Assembly (NCBI GenBank): GCA_031362565.1
Contig: JANLSU010000069.1
Coordinates: 32,001-96,000, forward strand
DNA length: 64,000 nt
Reading direction: 5' to 3'
From: a bacterium
GTDB lineage: Bacteria; Krumholzibacteriota; Krumholzibacteriia; G020349025
Part shown: piece after piece, positions 48,758 to 58,267 of the stretch
Layout of the letters: each line of letters starts with the position of its first letter
How positions within the stretch are numbered: the first letter of the stretch is position 1
Program-made: the position numbers and the translations under genes
The notes under the pieces: generated by a model
The model's input: the letters and a program-made list of their open reading frames with translations, nothing else
The model's database searches: none
Told to the model about the DNA's origin: nothing

Positions 48758-50197
48758 ATGTGGCTTCTCGTTGTCATGGCAATCATCGCCGTGTCGCGGC
48801 CCGCGCAGGCAGAGCGGGATCCGATCGACGAAATCGTCGTGCCGTGGGATTCGCTGGGGCGGATCGATGGCATCGATGTCGAGTTGCTGCAGCGGCTCGA
48901 ACGCGATGCCCCGGGGATCGGTTCGTCGGTTGGCGCCGGGGCGCCGGGGGAGAGCTTTGTCGACGCGCGCCTGCTGCGCGGCCAGGACTCCACTTACGTT
49001 TTCGACACGCTGGTGCGGCGCGGAACGGATCTCGTCCACCGGCGTCGGGCCCTGAGTAAGGCGGAAGCCGACGCGCTGCTGCAGCGCGTGCGTGCGGCGC
49101 TTGCCGTCTCCAATCCGCGTGGGCTTCTCTCGAACGACCGGATGATGCTCGTCATCGGATCGTCTCTTCTTGGGCTTGGGTTCTACAGCTGGGCTCTGCC
49201 GGTCGCAGGAGACATTGACGGCAAAGATGCGGTCGCGGCCGGCATGTTCGCCGTCGCCACGAGTTTCTTTGGTCCCTACCTCGCGACCCGCGGCACGCAA
49301 GTGAGCGCGGGCGAAGCGAATCTAGCGCTCTACGGTGGCACGCGCGGCATTCCGCACGGCATCCTCGCGTACCACGGTTTTCGCCCGCGACATGACCACC
49401 AAGTCATCGATTTCGACGGCACAACGATCACGATCGAGGACGAGGGCGATTCCGACGAAGCCATCGCAGCGGCGATCACGGGAAGCGTCGTCGAGGGCAT
49501 CGGCGGCTTCTTCTGGGCGCGCGGCTCGAACTTGGCGGGTAGTACGGCGCACACCATCGGCGTGGGCGGCGACATCGGGTTGCTGTGGGGCCTGGGTTAC
49601 GCCGAACTATTCGATGGTGAGGACGATTTCTGGGACATCGGGACGAATCGCCCGCTCTGCATCACGGGACTCGCGGGCTCCGGTCTCGGCATGGCGTTCG
49701 GATCCTTCTCGGCATCGCATCGCCGGTACACGTGGGGCGATGTGGAAGTCGTCCGCATGAGCAATTACATTGGCGCCGCGACGGGCCTCGCCATTGCCGA
49801 CCTGATGAGCGACAAGGACAATCCGCTTCTTTTCGGTTCACTTTCCGGCAGTGCCGCGGGACTCGCCCTGGGCGACCGGTTCGTACGCGACGTCGACCTG
49901 TCCGCGACCCAAAGTATTCTCGTCGATACGGGCACGATCGCCGGCGCGGCGCTGGGATTGGGGATCGCGTATCTGGTGACTTCGAGCGGCAACGATGACA
50001 GCGAGGCCTACACATCGGCTGCGGCGCTGGGCGCGATCGGCGGCGGCGGGGCGACCTTTCTCGCTGGGGGGCGCGCTGCACTGCGAGGCGACTCGCGGAG
50101 CGGAAACCTGCAGTTGGAGTTTTCGCCATTTGCTCTGCTCGCGCCCCACCGCTCATCCCAAAATCCACCCGCCGTGCAGGTGCGCTGGACCTTCTAG
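48758..50197 (+). CDS. hypothetical Gly-rich membrane protein
   Basis: signal peptide, many Gly-zipper-like hydrophobic segments, terminal Phe. Confidence 0.7.
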   Translation: MWLLVVMAIIAVSRPAQAERDPIDEIVVPWDSLGRIDGIDVELLQRLERDAPGIGSSVGAGAPGESFVDARLLRGQDSTYVFDTLVRRGTDLVHRRRALSKAEADALLQRVRAALAVSNPRGLLSNDRMMLVIGSSLLGLGFYSWALPVAGDIDGKDAVAAGMFAVATSFFGPYLATRGTQVSAGEANLALYGGTRGIPHGILAYHGFRPRHDHQVIDFDGTTITIEDEGDSDEAIAAAITGSVVEGIGGFFWARGSNLAGSTAHTIGVGGDIGLLWGLGYAELFDGEDDFWDIGTNRPLCITGLAGSGLGMAFGSFSASHRRYTWGDVEVVRMSNYIGAATGLAIADLMSDKDNPLLFGSLSGSAAGLALGDRFVRDVDLSATQSILVDTGTIAGAALGLGIAYLVTSSGNDDSEAYTSAAALGAIGGGGATFLAGGRAALRGDSRSGNLQLEFSPFALLAPHRSSQNPPAVQVRWTF

Positions 50198-50354
50198 CGA
50201 CGGCAGCCAGCGTCGGCGCGGACTCGGGATCGGTGTCCGGTCCCGACCACGGAAGAGGCGAGTAGCATGGCAACACTTCAGCAGCCATTTGGGCCGCAAC
50301 AGTGAGCGGATCCCGATGATCGCCCAGGCCCGAGTTCCCGTGCGTTGGAGTGAC

Positions 50355-51449
50355 ATGCGATTGTTCCGGCTCGCGTTCATTGCCGTGTTCTGCGTTTCTT
50401 GTTCACGGCATCGGGTTCCAGAGCGCTGGCAGGCGGTCGCGATTCCGACCGATGCCGAATTCAACGGCATGTGGTTCAGCGATTCGCTGAACGGCTGGAT
50501 CACGGGCGGCGGGTATGACATTCCGGGCGGCATCGTGGGCCGGACTCGCGACGGCGGGCAGACGTGGCGGTTCCGAAACGGCGTTGCGGTCGAAACCGGA
50601 GCGGGGTTCGGCCTGCACCGCGTGCAGTTCCGTGACGTAGTGCACGGTTGGGTCGCGAACGACGACGGTGTCCTATTGACCGAGGATGGCGGGGAGAGTT
50701 GGCGTCGCGCGACTGGCATCGGTGGCGACGGCCCCGCACTCTTCGACGTGCAGTTCATTGATGCGGGGAACGGCTGGGCCGTCGGCACCTCGAGACTCAT
50801 CCGCACGGAAGACGGCGGCGAAACGTGGCGGACGCTCGTGAAAGGCGCCTACGAAAACGGCTACTTCTCCGGCAACGCCGTCCATTTCTTGGATGCGAGG
50901 CACGGTTGGCTGGCCGGGCGCGATGGAACGCTGATGCGATCGGACGATGGCGGGCAGACGTGGACGCCGGTCGCATTACCCCTGCGCGCCGGCGAACGGC
51001 CGACACTATGGGATCTGACGTTTTCGGATGCGCTGCATGGTTGGACTGTTGGCGACAGCGGTTCCATCTTTCACACCGACGATGGCGGCGAAAACTGGAC
51101 GCTGCAGGAGCACGGCGTCCCGGTCATCCGCGTGATTCCGAAGGGGGAACCGCTGCGGCCGCGCGAAGTCGTGCCGGAACTCGAGACCGAGCCCGACCGT
51201 TTGTGCATTTCGGCGGTGCATTTCATCGATTCGAATCAGGGCTGCGCTGCGGGTTACTACGCCGACGTGGCGGAGTCCATCGTAATGCGGACCCGCGACG
51301 GCGGCGCGAATTGGGAAGTCGAACGCGTGCAACCTGGAGAAATCCTGCGAGCCGTCTTCGTTCTCGACTCGACGCACGCCTGGGCCGTGGGCGATCGGGT
51401 GCGCACCCCAGCGCAGGTGGTCCTGCGTTACGTCGACGGCACCCGCTGA
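50355..51449 (+). CDS. YCF48/BNR-repeat beta-propeller lipoprotein
   Basis: GGAG RBS; lipobox CVSC; repeated F.D..GW..G..T.DGG.TW. Confidence 0.85.
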   Translation: MRLFRLAFIAVFCVSCSRHRVPERWQAVAIPTDAEFNGMWFSDSLNGWITGGGYDIPGGIVGRTRDGGQTWRFRNGVAVETGAGFGLHRVQFRDVVHGWVANDDGVLLTEDGGESWRRATGIGGDGPALFDVQFIDAGNGWAVGTSRLIRTEDGGETWRTLVKGAYENGYFSGNAVHFLDARHGWLAGRDGTLMRSDDGGQTWTPVALPLRAGERPTLWDLTFSDALHGWTVGDSGSIFHTDDGGENWTLQEHGVPVIRVIPKGEPLRPREVVPELETEPDRLCISAVHFIDSNQGCAAGYYADVAESIVMRTRDGGANWEVERVQPGEILRAVFVLDSTHAWAVGDRVRTPAQVVLRYVDGTR

Positions 51450-51456
51450 CACCGCC

Positions 51457-52208
51457 TCAGTTCGCCGGTGGATCTTCGAGTGTTACCTGAATTGAAGCCA
51501 GCAAGGCCTCTAAAGTAGTGGCGGTCTGCTCCAGGGGCCCGCGCTCGACTTCGAAGACCAGAAGGTACCCGCCGCTTTCCGTGAACGCCAGGCGCGACCG
51601 AGAAAGGTGACTCACTCGGTCCCAGGTCTCGACCTCGATCCAGTCGTTGCCGTGAATCACCCTTTCGCTCTGGCGCGCGATCTCACGACGACTCGTGTCC
51701 ATCGACGTCGCGAGCACGTACTCGACCAGGCGTTCGGCGGTGACCGCTTCGAAAATCGAGCTGCCTTCGATCAAAGCGGAGATGGCAGCCCCGATCGCGA
51801 CACTGTCGCCGGGTTCTGGGTGATACGTGACGTCGGTCCACGGTTTCCAGAAATGCCCGACTTGTCCTCGGGGTCGCCTTGAAACATCGGGCCGCGCAGA
51901 TCGCGAATGCGAGCGACGGCGTCTTCGTGGCGTCCATCGCGCCACAGCGCCTCGGCGCGTCGAAGATCGCGCACAAGTCCCTCTTGTGTCGCGACCCCCA
52001 TGTCGGCGAGTGAAATCTGGAGCTCGCCGTGTCGAAACAAGTGCTGGCGGCCGTGATCGAGATACTCCCAGCCCTCGGGAACCACGAGTTGGAGCCGATG
52101 ATGGCCGACTTCGAGGGTCCGCGTCGTTTCGACGTGCGAGCAATGCGCCCCGGCGCCCACCCCGGCGATCAGTGCGAAACCAGCAAGCAGGTCACGACGA
52201 CGAGGCAT
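51457..52208 (-). pseudogene. hypothetical lipoprotein split by one frameshift
   Basis: MPRRRDLLAG..AHC..VPEGWEYL in one frame, FWKPWTDV..LLASIQV in another; shift near 51855-51880. Confidence 0.6.
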
Positions 52209-52989
52209 CGGCGTCCTCGGGAAACCGAATCGAATCCACGAGCCGGTAGAAGGCCGGCAAGTTTTCATACGTGCCCTGATAGCTGGCCTTGAACGCACAG
52301 CCCTTCACCACCCAGAAGATCTCGCGGTAGAGAAGCGGGCGTTCGGGCGTAAAGAGCGTGTCATCGCTCGCGAAGGCCGGATGCCCCGCAAGGGTCGTAT
52401 CGCGTTCGTACCCAACGCGCCAGCGCTCCGGCTCGTTCATGCGCTCCGGCTGCAGCCGAATCCGCGGCAGGACGTCTTCGAGTGTCGGCTCGTAGGACTC
52501 CGCCGCTCGCAACGCCGCTTCGAGATCGAACTCGACGCGCGGACTGTCCGCTAGGTAGTGCTCCATGGCTCGGTTGATAGCGGTGTTGATCGCCAAGGCC
52601 ACGGCTGCGTCCGGCGCGGAGAGCGGATCGTCGGTAGGCGCGCGGGCGAGCGACAGTTCCCTCAGAAACTCTCGCTTCGTGAGCGAGTCGCGGTGCGCGA
52701 TAAGCTTCAAGAGCGCATCGCGCCGATCACGTGCCGCTAACTGGCTGTATGCGGCGACGCCGATGCACTGGCCACCGCCGCCGGTCAGGATAAACCGCAC
52801 GCCGAGTGTCCCGCCGCCGTTGTCTCCCTGACGTTCCCACTGGTTTGCCGGTGGCGGCGAGAAGCAGATCTCCTGTGTCACCCAGTGAAACGTCTCTTCG
52901 GGTTCAATGGGCTCCTCTCGGGAACCGCAGCCGGCAAGCATCGTGAAAGCCAAGGTGGCGACCGGCAGGCGAACGATGAACCGCAGCAT
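52192..52989 (-). CDS. hypothetical lipoprotein
   Basis: lipobox LAGC; ends LVDSIRF. Confidence 0.75.
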   Translation of the reverse strand: MLRFIVRLPVATLAFTMLAGCGSREEPIEPEETFHWVTQEICFSPPPANQWERQGDNGGGTLGVRFILTGGGGQCIGVAAYSQLAARDRRDALLKLIAHRDSLTKREFLRELSLARAPTDDPLSAPDAAVALAINTAINRAMEHYLADSPRVEFDLEAALRAAESYEPTLEDVLPRIRLQPERMNEPERWRVGYERDTTLAGHPAFASDDTLFTPERPLLYREIFWVVKGCAFKASYQGTYENLPAFYRLVDSIRFPEDADASSS

Positions 52990-53276
52990 GATTCCTTCCC
53001 ACTCCCCACCACACTGAGCCAGCCTCGCGAGTGGACGCAAGACAAGTAGCAAACCGAGGCCGAGCGCGACAATATTTTCCGTCACGGTCGCGAGGTCGAC
53101 GCGGCCGCCTTCGACCTCCGGTTCTCCCGCCGGTCACGCGGGGTGTCCAGATCGACGGCCGGGGCGCCTACAGGCTTTCGTGGTCGCGCGTCGCCCGCGC
53201 GCGGTCCGGAGGCGTATGCGTCTTCGACTTGAAGCTCGACGGCTGCATCAGGTCATCTCGAAGGAGGACTTCCGCC

Positions 53277-54308
53277 ATGCGATTCAGAAGAGACGTGAGG
53301 GGCCTCATCCTGCTGGGAATGATCACGACCCTTGCGGCATCCCTGACGGCGGGAGTTCAGGCGAGGGCTGACGACCAGCCTCCACCGCTGTATTCCTCCG
53401 CGCTTGCGTACGACCAGGCCCGTGGCCGTGTGGTTCTGTTCGGCGGCTACCTCGCAGGTCAATACTCGGGCGATACCTGGGAGTGGGATGGCGCGCATTG
53501 GGCGCGCGTCAGCCGATCGGGTCCATCCCCGCGTAACGGCCCAGCCGTGGCCTACGACAGCTTGCGCCAGCGCGTCGTGCTCTTCGGCGGCGACCACGGT
53601 GCGCTGGCCTTCGGCGACACCTGGACGTGGGACGGGACGGCGTGGACGCTCGTGGCGTCGAATGGCCCACCGGCTCGCTCGTTGCATCGGATGGTGTACG
53701 ACTCGTGGCGCCAGCGCGTCGTTCTCTTCGGCGGCCGTACGAACACGACGATGTTCGGCGACACCTGGACGTGGGACGGGGCGAATTGGGCGAAGGTCGA
53801 TTCGACCGGCCCGGCGCCGCGCTTCTTGCATGCATTCGCGTGGGACACCGGACGCGGGCGAGGCGTGCTGTTCGGTGGCAACCGCGCGCTGGGCCCCTCG
53901 ACCGACGCCGATCTTTACCTCGACACCTGGGAGTGGGACGGGACACGTTGGGACTCGGTCGCGGCTTCCGGCCCTCCGGCACGCGATCACACGGCGCTCG
54001 GGTTCGATCCTGTGCGCCGGCGCGCCGTGCTCTTCGGGGGATCGGGCCCGGAGGCCGCAGGTTTTCTGGGAGATACGTGGGAGTGGAGCGGTGCCACATG
54101 GGAGCATGTCACCGATTCCGGCCCCGGGCCGCGGGCCGGCGGGATGCTCGTGTACACACCCCAATCGGCGATCCTCCTCTATGGAGGCTTCGCACAACAG
54201 GGTCCCTCGACCGAGCTCTGGTCATGGAACGGCGGAGATTGGCGGCGCGTGCTTCCGGTCGCAGTTGAAACCGCCCCCTGGAGCAGGATCAAGAGGCGCT
54301 ACCGTTAG
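53277..54308 (+). CDS. secreted Kelch-like repeat protein with WxxxKxxYR tail
   Basis: AAGGAGG RBS; six YD..R.VLFGG..DTW.WDG..W repeats; ends VETAPWSRIKRRYR. Confidence 0.88.
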   Translation: MRFRRDVRGLILLGMITTLAASLTAGVQARADDQPPPLYSSALAYDQARGRVVLFGGYLAGQYSGDTWEWDGAHWARVSRSGPSPRNGPAVAYDSLRQRVVLFGGDHGALAFGDTWTWDGTAWTLVASNGPPARSLHRMVYDSWRQRVVLFGGRTNTTMFGDTWTWDGANWAKVDSTGPAPRFLHAFAWDTGRGRGVLFGGNRALGPSTDADLYLDTWEWDGTRWDSVAASGPPARDHTALGFDPVRRRAVLFGGSGPEAAGFLGDTWEWSGATWEHVTDSGPGPRAGGMLVYTPQSAILLYGGFAQQGPSTELWSWNGGDWRRVLPVAVETAPWSRIKRRYR

Positions 54309-54514
54309 GCCACCGCCGTCGCGATTGCCTCGAACCTGGAGGGCGAGGCCGTCCGCAATGAGGCTCTGTCGATCGCGCGAGCCTTCGCCGATGGGCAGAC
54401 AGGCGATGGGGTCAAGCTGCGGTGACGGCGACGCTGGAACGACAGACCCGCCAGGCTTTCGCACCCCGATCCAACCGGTTACATTGAAGTCTCTCGCCGG
54501 TTGGAGCCGAAAGC

Positions 54515-56257
54515 GTGGACCAGTCTTCGCGCCCTCTGGTACGCCGCGGACGGCGCACAGCGTCCGCACTCGCCGTGTGTTGCGTGGTGTTCGTGGCGCA
54601 CCCCGCGGCGTCGCGTCCCGTCGTTGGTTCGGCGCTCGCGCGGGTTCTGCCGCGGCTCGGCCCACACGAATTGGTGACGGTCTGGGTCGACTTGCGCGAC
54701 GATCCGTCCGGCGCTCCATCACCCGCGTTTCAGGTCTCCGAGCGTGCCCGGCAGCGCCGCCTGCGGCGCGGCGACCCGGCGCTTGACGCCGGCGATCGCG
54801 CGCTGGACCCACAGGTGATGGCTGCGGTGCGTGCCCGGGTGACGCGCGTGCGTGCCGTGTCGCGTTGGCTGCGGTGCATGAGCGTTGAGGCGACGGCCGC
54901 GCAAGTTGCGGCGCTCGCGATGCTCGCGCCGGTCACCGCGCTCGAGTGCCTGCAATGCGGATCACCTTCCATTGCGAGTCTTCCGTCCGAACCCCGAGTC
55001 GCGGCACCGCCCTACGGCAGTTCGGCACAGCAACTCGCGCTGCTCCGCGTTCCCGAACTGCACGACCGCGGGCTCACCGGACTCGGCGTGCTCATCGCGC
55101 ACTTCGATACCGGCTACGAACGCTTCACGCACAAGGCGTTCCGGGCCATGCGCGTCGTCGCCATGCGAGATTTCGTCGACGGCGACGGCGATCCCACCGG
55201 CGCGCACGGCTTTGGCTTCGATCAGGGCGTACACGGCATGATCACCTTATCGGCGCTCGGCGGTTTCCATCCCGGCAAGCTCATCGGCCCGGCCTTCGGT
55301 GCGAGCTTCGCTCTGGCGCGCACCGAGAGCGAGTTCTCGGAAGACGCGCGCGAGGAGGATTACTGGATCGCGGCCCTCGAATGGGCCGACAGTTTGGGGG
55401 CCGACATCGTCAGCTCGTCGCTCAAGTTTCGTGAGAATGACAATGGCGGCGGTTACACCTGGCTCGACATGGACGGCCAGACGGCGCGCGTGACGCGCGC
55501 CGCCGCCATGGCCGAGCGCCGCGGGATTCTCATCGTGAATGGCGCCGGCAACGATGGTTTCGATCCGGCGCACAACACCCTGGTGGCTCCCGCTGACGGC
55601 GTCAACGTGCTCGCCGTGGGCGCGGTGACTCTCGGCGGCTCGCGCGCCAGGTTGAGCAGTTGCGGCCCGACGACGGACGCCGTGCCGCGCACCAAACCCG
55701 ATGTCATGGCACCGGGGGAGGATGTCTTCGCGGCATCGGTCGAGAGCGACAGTGCGTACGCGCTCGTTTCGGGCACATCGCTCTCGTGTCCGCTGGCAGC
55801 CGGCGTCGCGGCGTTGCTGCTTTCAGTGCACGACGCCACGCCGGCGCAACTGCGCGACATCCTGCGCTCGACCGCGACCGGTGCACATTCGCCCGATAAC
55901 TTGTGGGGCTGGGGCATCATCGATGCGGTGGCCGCGTACAACGCGCTCGTCGCTCTCTTCCCGACGGACGCGCAAGAAACCTGGGACGTGGCCCGCACGC
56001 CGCGCTTCGCCAACCCGTTCCATCCTCGGGACACGATCGCGTTTGCGTGGTCTGGACCGTCGCCGTTCGAACTGTGCGTCTACGACATCACCGGGCGGCA
56101 CGTTCGGACGCTCGGCCGCGGTGCAGCAGCTGGCGAACGCCGCATTCGCTGGGATGGCACCGGCGACGACGGCGCCGCCCTACCGCGCGGCGTGTATATC
56201 GTCCAGTTGCACGGGCTAAACGCCCCGCCGGCGCGCAAGCTGACGCTCCTGCGCTGA
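54515..56257 (+). CDS. S8 subtilisin-family serine peptidase with FlgD-Ig C-terminal domain
   Basis: triad FDTG, HGM, SGTSLSCP; AGN oxyanion motif; KPDVMAPG; tail YDITGRHVRTL..KLTLLR; start uncertain. Confidence 0.92.
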   Translation: MDQSSRPLVRRGRRTASALAVCCVVFVAHPAASRPVVGSALARVLPRLGPHELVTVWVDLRDDPSGAPSPAFQVSERARQRRLRRGDPALDAGDRALDPQVMAAVRARVTRVRAVSRWLRCMSVEATAAQVAALAMLAPVTALECLQCGSPSIASLPSEPRVAAPPYGSSAQQLALLRVPELHDRGLTGLGVLIAHFDTGYERFTHKAFRAMRVVAMRDFVDGDGDPTGAHGFGFDQGVHGMITLSALGGFHPGKLIGPAFGASFALARTESEFSEDAREEDYWIAALEWADSLGADIVSSSLKFRENDNGGGYTWLDMDGQTARVTRAAAMAERRGILIVNGAGNDGFDPAHNTLVAPADGVNVLAVGAVTLGGSRARLSSCGPTTDAVPRTKPDVMAPGEDVFAASVESDSAYALVSGTSLSCPLAAGVAALLLSVHDATPAQLRDILRSTATGAHSPDNLWGWGIIDAVAAYNALVALFPTDAQETWDVARTPRFANPFHPRDTIAFAWSGPSPFELCVYDITGRHVRTLGRGAAAGERRIRWDGTGDDGAALPRGVYIVQLHGLNAPPARKLTLLR

Positions 56258-56379
56258 GCCTGCGCCCCCGCAACATGCCCCGGCTGCCCGGCTTCACCCG
56301 TTGGATCGCATGCGTGGGTAGAAGATCGGCTAAAATCCGCTGGCGTTGAACGCCCGAAGTCGTTGATTGTCCGGACGAC

Positions 56380-56411
56380 GGCCCCGTAGCTCAGTTGGAC
56401 AGAGCGGCGAT
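56380..56411 (+). pseudogene. 5' fragment of a tRNA gene (tRNA-Arg-like)
   Basis: GGCCCCG-TA-GCTC-AGTTGGACA-GAGC: acceptor 5' strand, U8/A9, perfect D-arm; no T-arm or acceptor 3' strand follows. Confidence 0.65.
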
Positions 56412-56508
56412 ATGTCATGCCTTCCACTGATGCCACGTGGAACTTGAAGTGATGACGCGTGCACGGGAGCGTACTGGCGACGTTTTGGTGCCCTGGCCCA
56501 TCTGGTCC

Positions 56509-56589
56509 GCCTAACATGCCGTTGCACCGGCGCGGGTCCCCTCGCGTGGCCCGCGCCCACTCTATCGGTACAGCGACTTGACGTTACCC
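56509..56589 (+). other. degenerate attC-like site
   Basis: GCCTAAC core containing a stop codon, 5-nt spacer, GTTGCACC, internal hairpin, imperfect complement GGTACAGC, then GTTACCC. Confidence 0.4.
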
Positions 56590-56621
56590 CAACTGTTTTT
56601 TTACGTCGCCACGGAACCGGT

Positions 56622-56655
56622 GAAGCCGCGACGGACGTGCGCCCGTCGCGGCTTC
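56622..56655. terminator. strong hairpin downstream of the SRPBCC gene
   Basis: 13-bp stem GAAGCCGCGACGG/CCGTCGCGGCTTC; no clear U-tract. Confidence 0.45.
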
Positions 56656-56680
56656 CTCGCTCGACTCGAAGGCGCGCGCC

Positions 56681-57499
56681 TTAGCCCTGCGGTTCCGCCG
56701 GCGCCGCCGGCTGCGGGAAGCGCTGGTTCATCCACGCTTGCCACGCGGGCTCGTCGCGCTTCGCCGCTGCCGCTGCTCCGGCGCCGAAGAGATAGAGACT
56801 GACCGAGGCCATCAGCCCGCCGCAGACCTGTGCACCGAGGATCGCGACGCCCGGCGCCGGCTCGTCGATGCGCACCACGAGCCCTTGCCCCTGCTCCATG
56901 CGGGTCGCGCGCTCGACGACGCCCGCAAACGGCGGCACGCCCGCCGCCCTTGGCCCGGTGCGCGCACCCGGCTTCGCGTCCGCGAGACCCAGTGGTCCAG
57001 CGAGCGTTGCCCACGCCTCGGACGGTGATCCGGTGGCCATGGACATGAGCAGAACCGAAGCGCTCGGCTCGCCGAAGTGTTGCGCGAGGTAGACGCGCAG
57101 CACCTCGAAGAATTGCGGCCAGCCTTCTTCCATGCCCTCGAGCTGCCCGTCCCAGTCGTCGGTGCTCGCGAACAGACTGTGCACGACGCGAACGACACAC
57201 TTGCCGCCGCTCCGCGCTTCGACGATCCACTCCGTCGCCATGGGGGGCGCGTTCGGTCCGAGACCTTCGCTCTCGGCCACGAAGCGGTGCAGCGGTTCCC
57301 AGGTCTTGACAGTCGAAGTCGAGTCCATGCCGGGCGCCCAGTGCATGGTGATTTTGTCGCCGTCGATCTCGGTGGGATAGAACCACGACGAGATGCCCGG
57401 ACCTGTGGCGATCGCGTGCCACACTTGCTCGGGCGTGCCCGGGACCTCGGTTTCGACGGAGATGCTGCGGCGCCCCGTCGAGTCCTTCTTCACGCTCAT
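56681..57499 (-). CDS. SRPBCC/AHSA1-like domain protein
   Basis: EVPGTPEQVWHAIATGPGISSWF, VVRVVHSLF, GWPQFF; 4-nt overlap with upstream regulator. Confidence 0.88.
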   Translation of the reverse strand: MSVKKDSTGRRSISVETEVPGTPEQVWHAIATGPGISSWFYPTEIDGDKITMHWAPGMDSTSTVKTWEPLHRFVAESEGLGPNAPPMATEWIVEARSGGKCVVRVVHSLFASTDDWDGQLEGMEEGWPQFFEVLRVYLAQHFGEPSASVLLMSMATGSPSEAWATLAGPLGLADAKPGARTGPRAAGVPPFAGVVERATRMEQGQGLVVRIDEPAPGVAILGAQVCGGLMASVSLYLFGAGAAAAAKRDEPAWQAWMNQRFPQPAAPAEPQG

Positions 57500-58089
57500 G
57501 TCGTTTCCCCCTGGTTCGAGAATGGATGCGCGATGACGATCAGTCGGTGCGAACGGCCTCCTGGCGTTGCGGCGTCGTGATAGCGGGCGACGAGCGACGC
57601 GACGGCCGTCGTGAGTTCTTTGCCGAACGCGGCGCGGTCGGCGGCGGTCTTGAACCGCACCTGCGTGTCGATCGACAGCGTCGCCAATCGCTTGTCCTTG
57701 GCGCGCGCCAGGCGCACCATGCCGCCGACCTCGCGGATGATCCGGGCAGCGAGAGCGATCAGGTAACTCGCGGACAGGCGATCGGCTTCGCGACCGGGGT
57801 CCGGCGCGGCCGGTCCGAGTGCGCCGGGGGAGATGACGTAGGACGCTGCCGTCGCGACCATCCGGCGCTCGGTCAGGCCGCCCCAATAGCGCTCCTCGGC
57901 CACGCCCACCAGCCCGTTCGCCTCGAGCGCACGCAGGTGATAGTTCACCTTCTGGCGCGCGACGCCAAGCCTGGCCGCGAGCCCGGCGGCCGACGCCGGC
58001 TCCACCAGCTCGGCGAGGAGCCGGGCGCGGGTCGGGTCCAGGGCGATTGCGGCGACCGCCGGGTTCTCGATCACTTCAAGGTCGATCAT
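57496..58089 (-). CDS. ArsR-like helix-turn-helix transcriptional regulator
   Basis: ALDPTRARLLAEL..SAAGLAARLG.ARQKVNYHLRALE. Confidence 0.9.
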   Translation of the reverse strand: MIDLEVIENPAVAAIALDPTRARLLAELVEPASAAGLAARLGVARQKVNYHLRALEANGLVGVAEERYWGGLTERRMVATAASYVISPGALGPAAPDPGREADRLSASYLIALAARIIREVGGMVRLARAKDKRLATLSIDTQVRFKTAADRAAFGKELTTAVASLVARYHDAATPGGRSHRLIVIAHPFSNQGETT

Positions 58090-58095
58090 CGGCTG

Positions 58096-58125
58096 AACCT
58101 AACATTGACAGTTTTGTTTGTCAAT
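58096..58125 (-). promoter_or_regulatory. sigma70 promoter overlapped by a palindromic operator; leaderless transcript likely
   Basis: TTGACA-17 nt-TAGGTT-6 nt-ATG on minus strand; ATTGACA-N8-TGTCAAT at 58104-58125. Confidence 0.7.
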
Positions 58126-58267
58126 ACTTCCTCGGCTGGGGACTCGGCGAGCCCGGGCGGCCCGGCCGCCCGCGGACTTTCGACGCCTGCAACTGACGGG
58201 GCGCTACAGCGCGGACGCGGTTCGCACCTTCGCTCAGCAACTTGGTATGGCGAGGCATGATGAAATA

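Noticed and set aside
54304..54310. GTTAGGC as an attC core after the Kelch-like gene
   Set aside because: It is just the last codon and stop; no matching inverse core nearby.
56380..56460. Intact tRNA-Asp (a GTC follows the D-arm)
   Set aside because: The anticodon stem does not pair, and there is no T-arm or acceptor 3' strand.
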